Shown here: one piece after another, positions 62,847 through 64,000 of the stretch
Numbering within the stretch: position 1 is the stretch's first letter
Layout of the letters: the number at the start of each line of letters is the position of its first letter
DNA from: Hormiphora californensis
Taxonomy: Eukaryota; Animalia; Ctenophora
DNA: 64,000 nt
Direction: 5' to 3'
Assembly: GCA_020137815.1 (NCBI GenBank)
Contig: CM035358.1
Span: 7,998,001 to 8,062,000 of the forward strand
Notes under the pieces: model-generated
What the model saw: the letters and a program-made list of their open reading frames with translations, nothing else
Told to the model about the DNA's origin: nothing
Database searches by the model: none
Made by a program: the position numbers and the translations under genes

Positions 62847-63475
62847 GGGTGTGCACAGACTGCCCAAGCTTGACCATGCCCATATGTGGGCAAGATTTTG
62901 ACCAAGTCGCACAGACTGACCAAACTTGGTCATTTGACCAAGCTTGGAGGGTAAAAACTGAAACTAATTCAGTACATAATGACCCCATTTACAACTTTTC
63001 ACCTGGAAATGATAGATGCTTATGTGAGGGCACTTTTCCGACTAATTAAGATACGCTGAATCACGTAAGCAACTTTTCCAGAGGTCGATAAAGTGCCCCA
63101 ATGAAGTATAATTGGCCTTAATTGTTGAATTAAGGTACTTTCCCGACCTCTGAGGGATTGTAAAGGTCGCTTACGTGATTCACCGTATAGTTGGAATAGT
63201 GCCCTCGCATAAGCATCTATTTTTTCCAGGCGAAAAGTTGTAAATGGGGTCATTAAGACCCAAATATACTCAATTAGGACACTTTTCCGATCTCGGCCGG
63301 ATTGGAAAAGTTGCTAACGTTGTTCAGCGTTTCAAAATTAGTCGGGTTCAGTAGTTTTCGATATGTTATGAATTAGTTTCAGTTTTTACTCTCCAAGCTT
63401 GGTCAAATGACCAAGTTTGGTCAAAATCTTGCCCACATATGGGCATGGTCAAGCATGGGGAGTCTGTGCACGCCC
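62847..63475. mobile_element. MITE with long TIRs (PIF/Harbinger-like, 3-bp TSD ttg)
   Basis: gggtgtgcacagact...agtctgtgcacgccc with >100-bp imperfect IR. Confidence 0.7.
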
Positions 63476-63596
63476 TTGGCCGAATGCTACTGCCTACCCT
63501 TCCCTATTAGAGAATCTATTATCACACTCACTGGTCCTTCCCCTTCCTCTTTTCCTGTCCTTCTTGTGTTAGTCGTAAAATTATCACAGTGAAATA

Positions 63597-63757
63597 CAGG
63601 GTGGACCAGAACCACGGATTGTTAGGAAAAGGTGATCGCAATCCTCAGGGACACTTTCTCCACTTTTTCTAATCAATAGACCGTGAAAATTACACAGTAG
63701 ATAGGAGAACGAAACACTAGTTATCACAAAGTGGATCCATCTTTCTAGCCCACCCTG
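63597..63757. mobile_element. Tc1/mariner-like MITE
   Basis: TA-cagggtgg...ccaccctg-TA. Confidence 0.6.
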
Positions 63758-64000
63758 TAGTTATTTTCTGAGCGGTAAGCAGTAAGTGTTGCCTTGATTT
63801 CGACACAATTTTTTACAAATTTGGTCATAACTCCTCCATTTCTTGGCCAAATTGTAGAATCTTGGGCCCAAGATTTTACAATTTGGCCTAGAAATGGATG
63901 GATAAAACTGTAAAAATTGTGTCCAAATTAAGGCAAAACTTACCGCTTACCGCTCAGAATAGGTAGGGTGCTTTATTACAAGTGATATCATTCTCTCCCC

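Overview
Intron-rich animal genomic DNA. It is probably a ctenophore: two MITE translations resemble repeats I recall from Pleurobrachia gene models, which is an unverified inference. Four conserved genes lie co-oriented on the minus strand: a Mu-class GST (53188-54194), Fau/RPS30 (51849-52836), ABCF1 (44656-51510) and a large class IX myosin (ATG ~43695, running off the left edge). One 21.5-kb myosin intron (2809-24351) holds, on the opposite strand, a tandem cluster of 11 small single-coding-exon genes for orphan single-pass membrane proteins, several with juxtamembrane Cys and PPxY motifs. Inserted in that cluster is a full-length Ingi-like LINE (11048-17371, 11-bp TSD). Its first 76 nt fold as an HDV-like ribozyme starting at the TSD boundary, it encodes a 2A peptide, and it is interrupted by a Helitron and a TA-MITE. 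Six copies of a probable box H/ACA snoRNA sit one each in five ABCF1 introns and in the Fau-ABCF1 spacer. The rest is MITEs, LINE fragments, satellites, a stack of CCCTA...TAGGG elements, and an error-rich stretch at about 30.7-35.1 kb.
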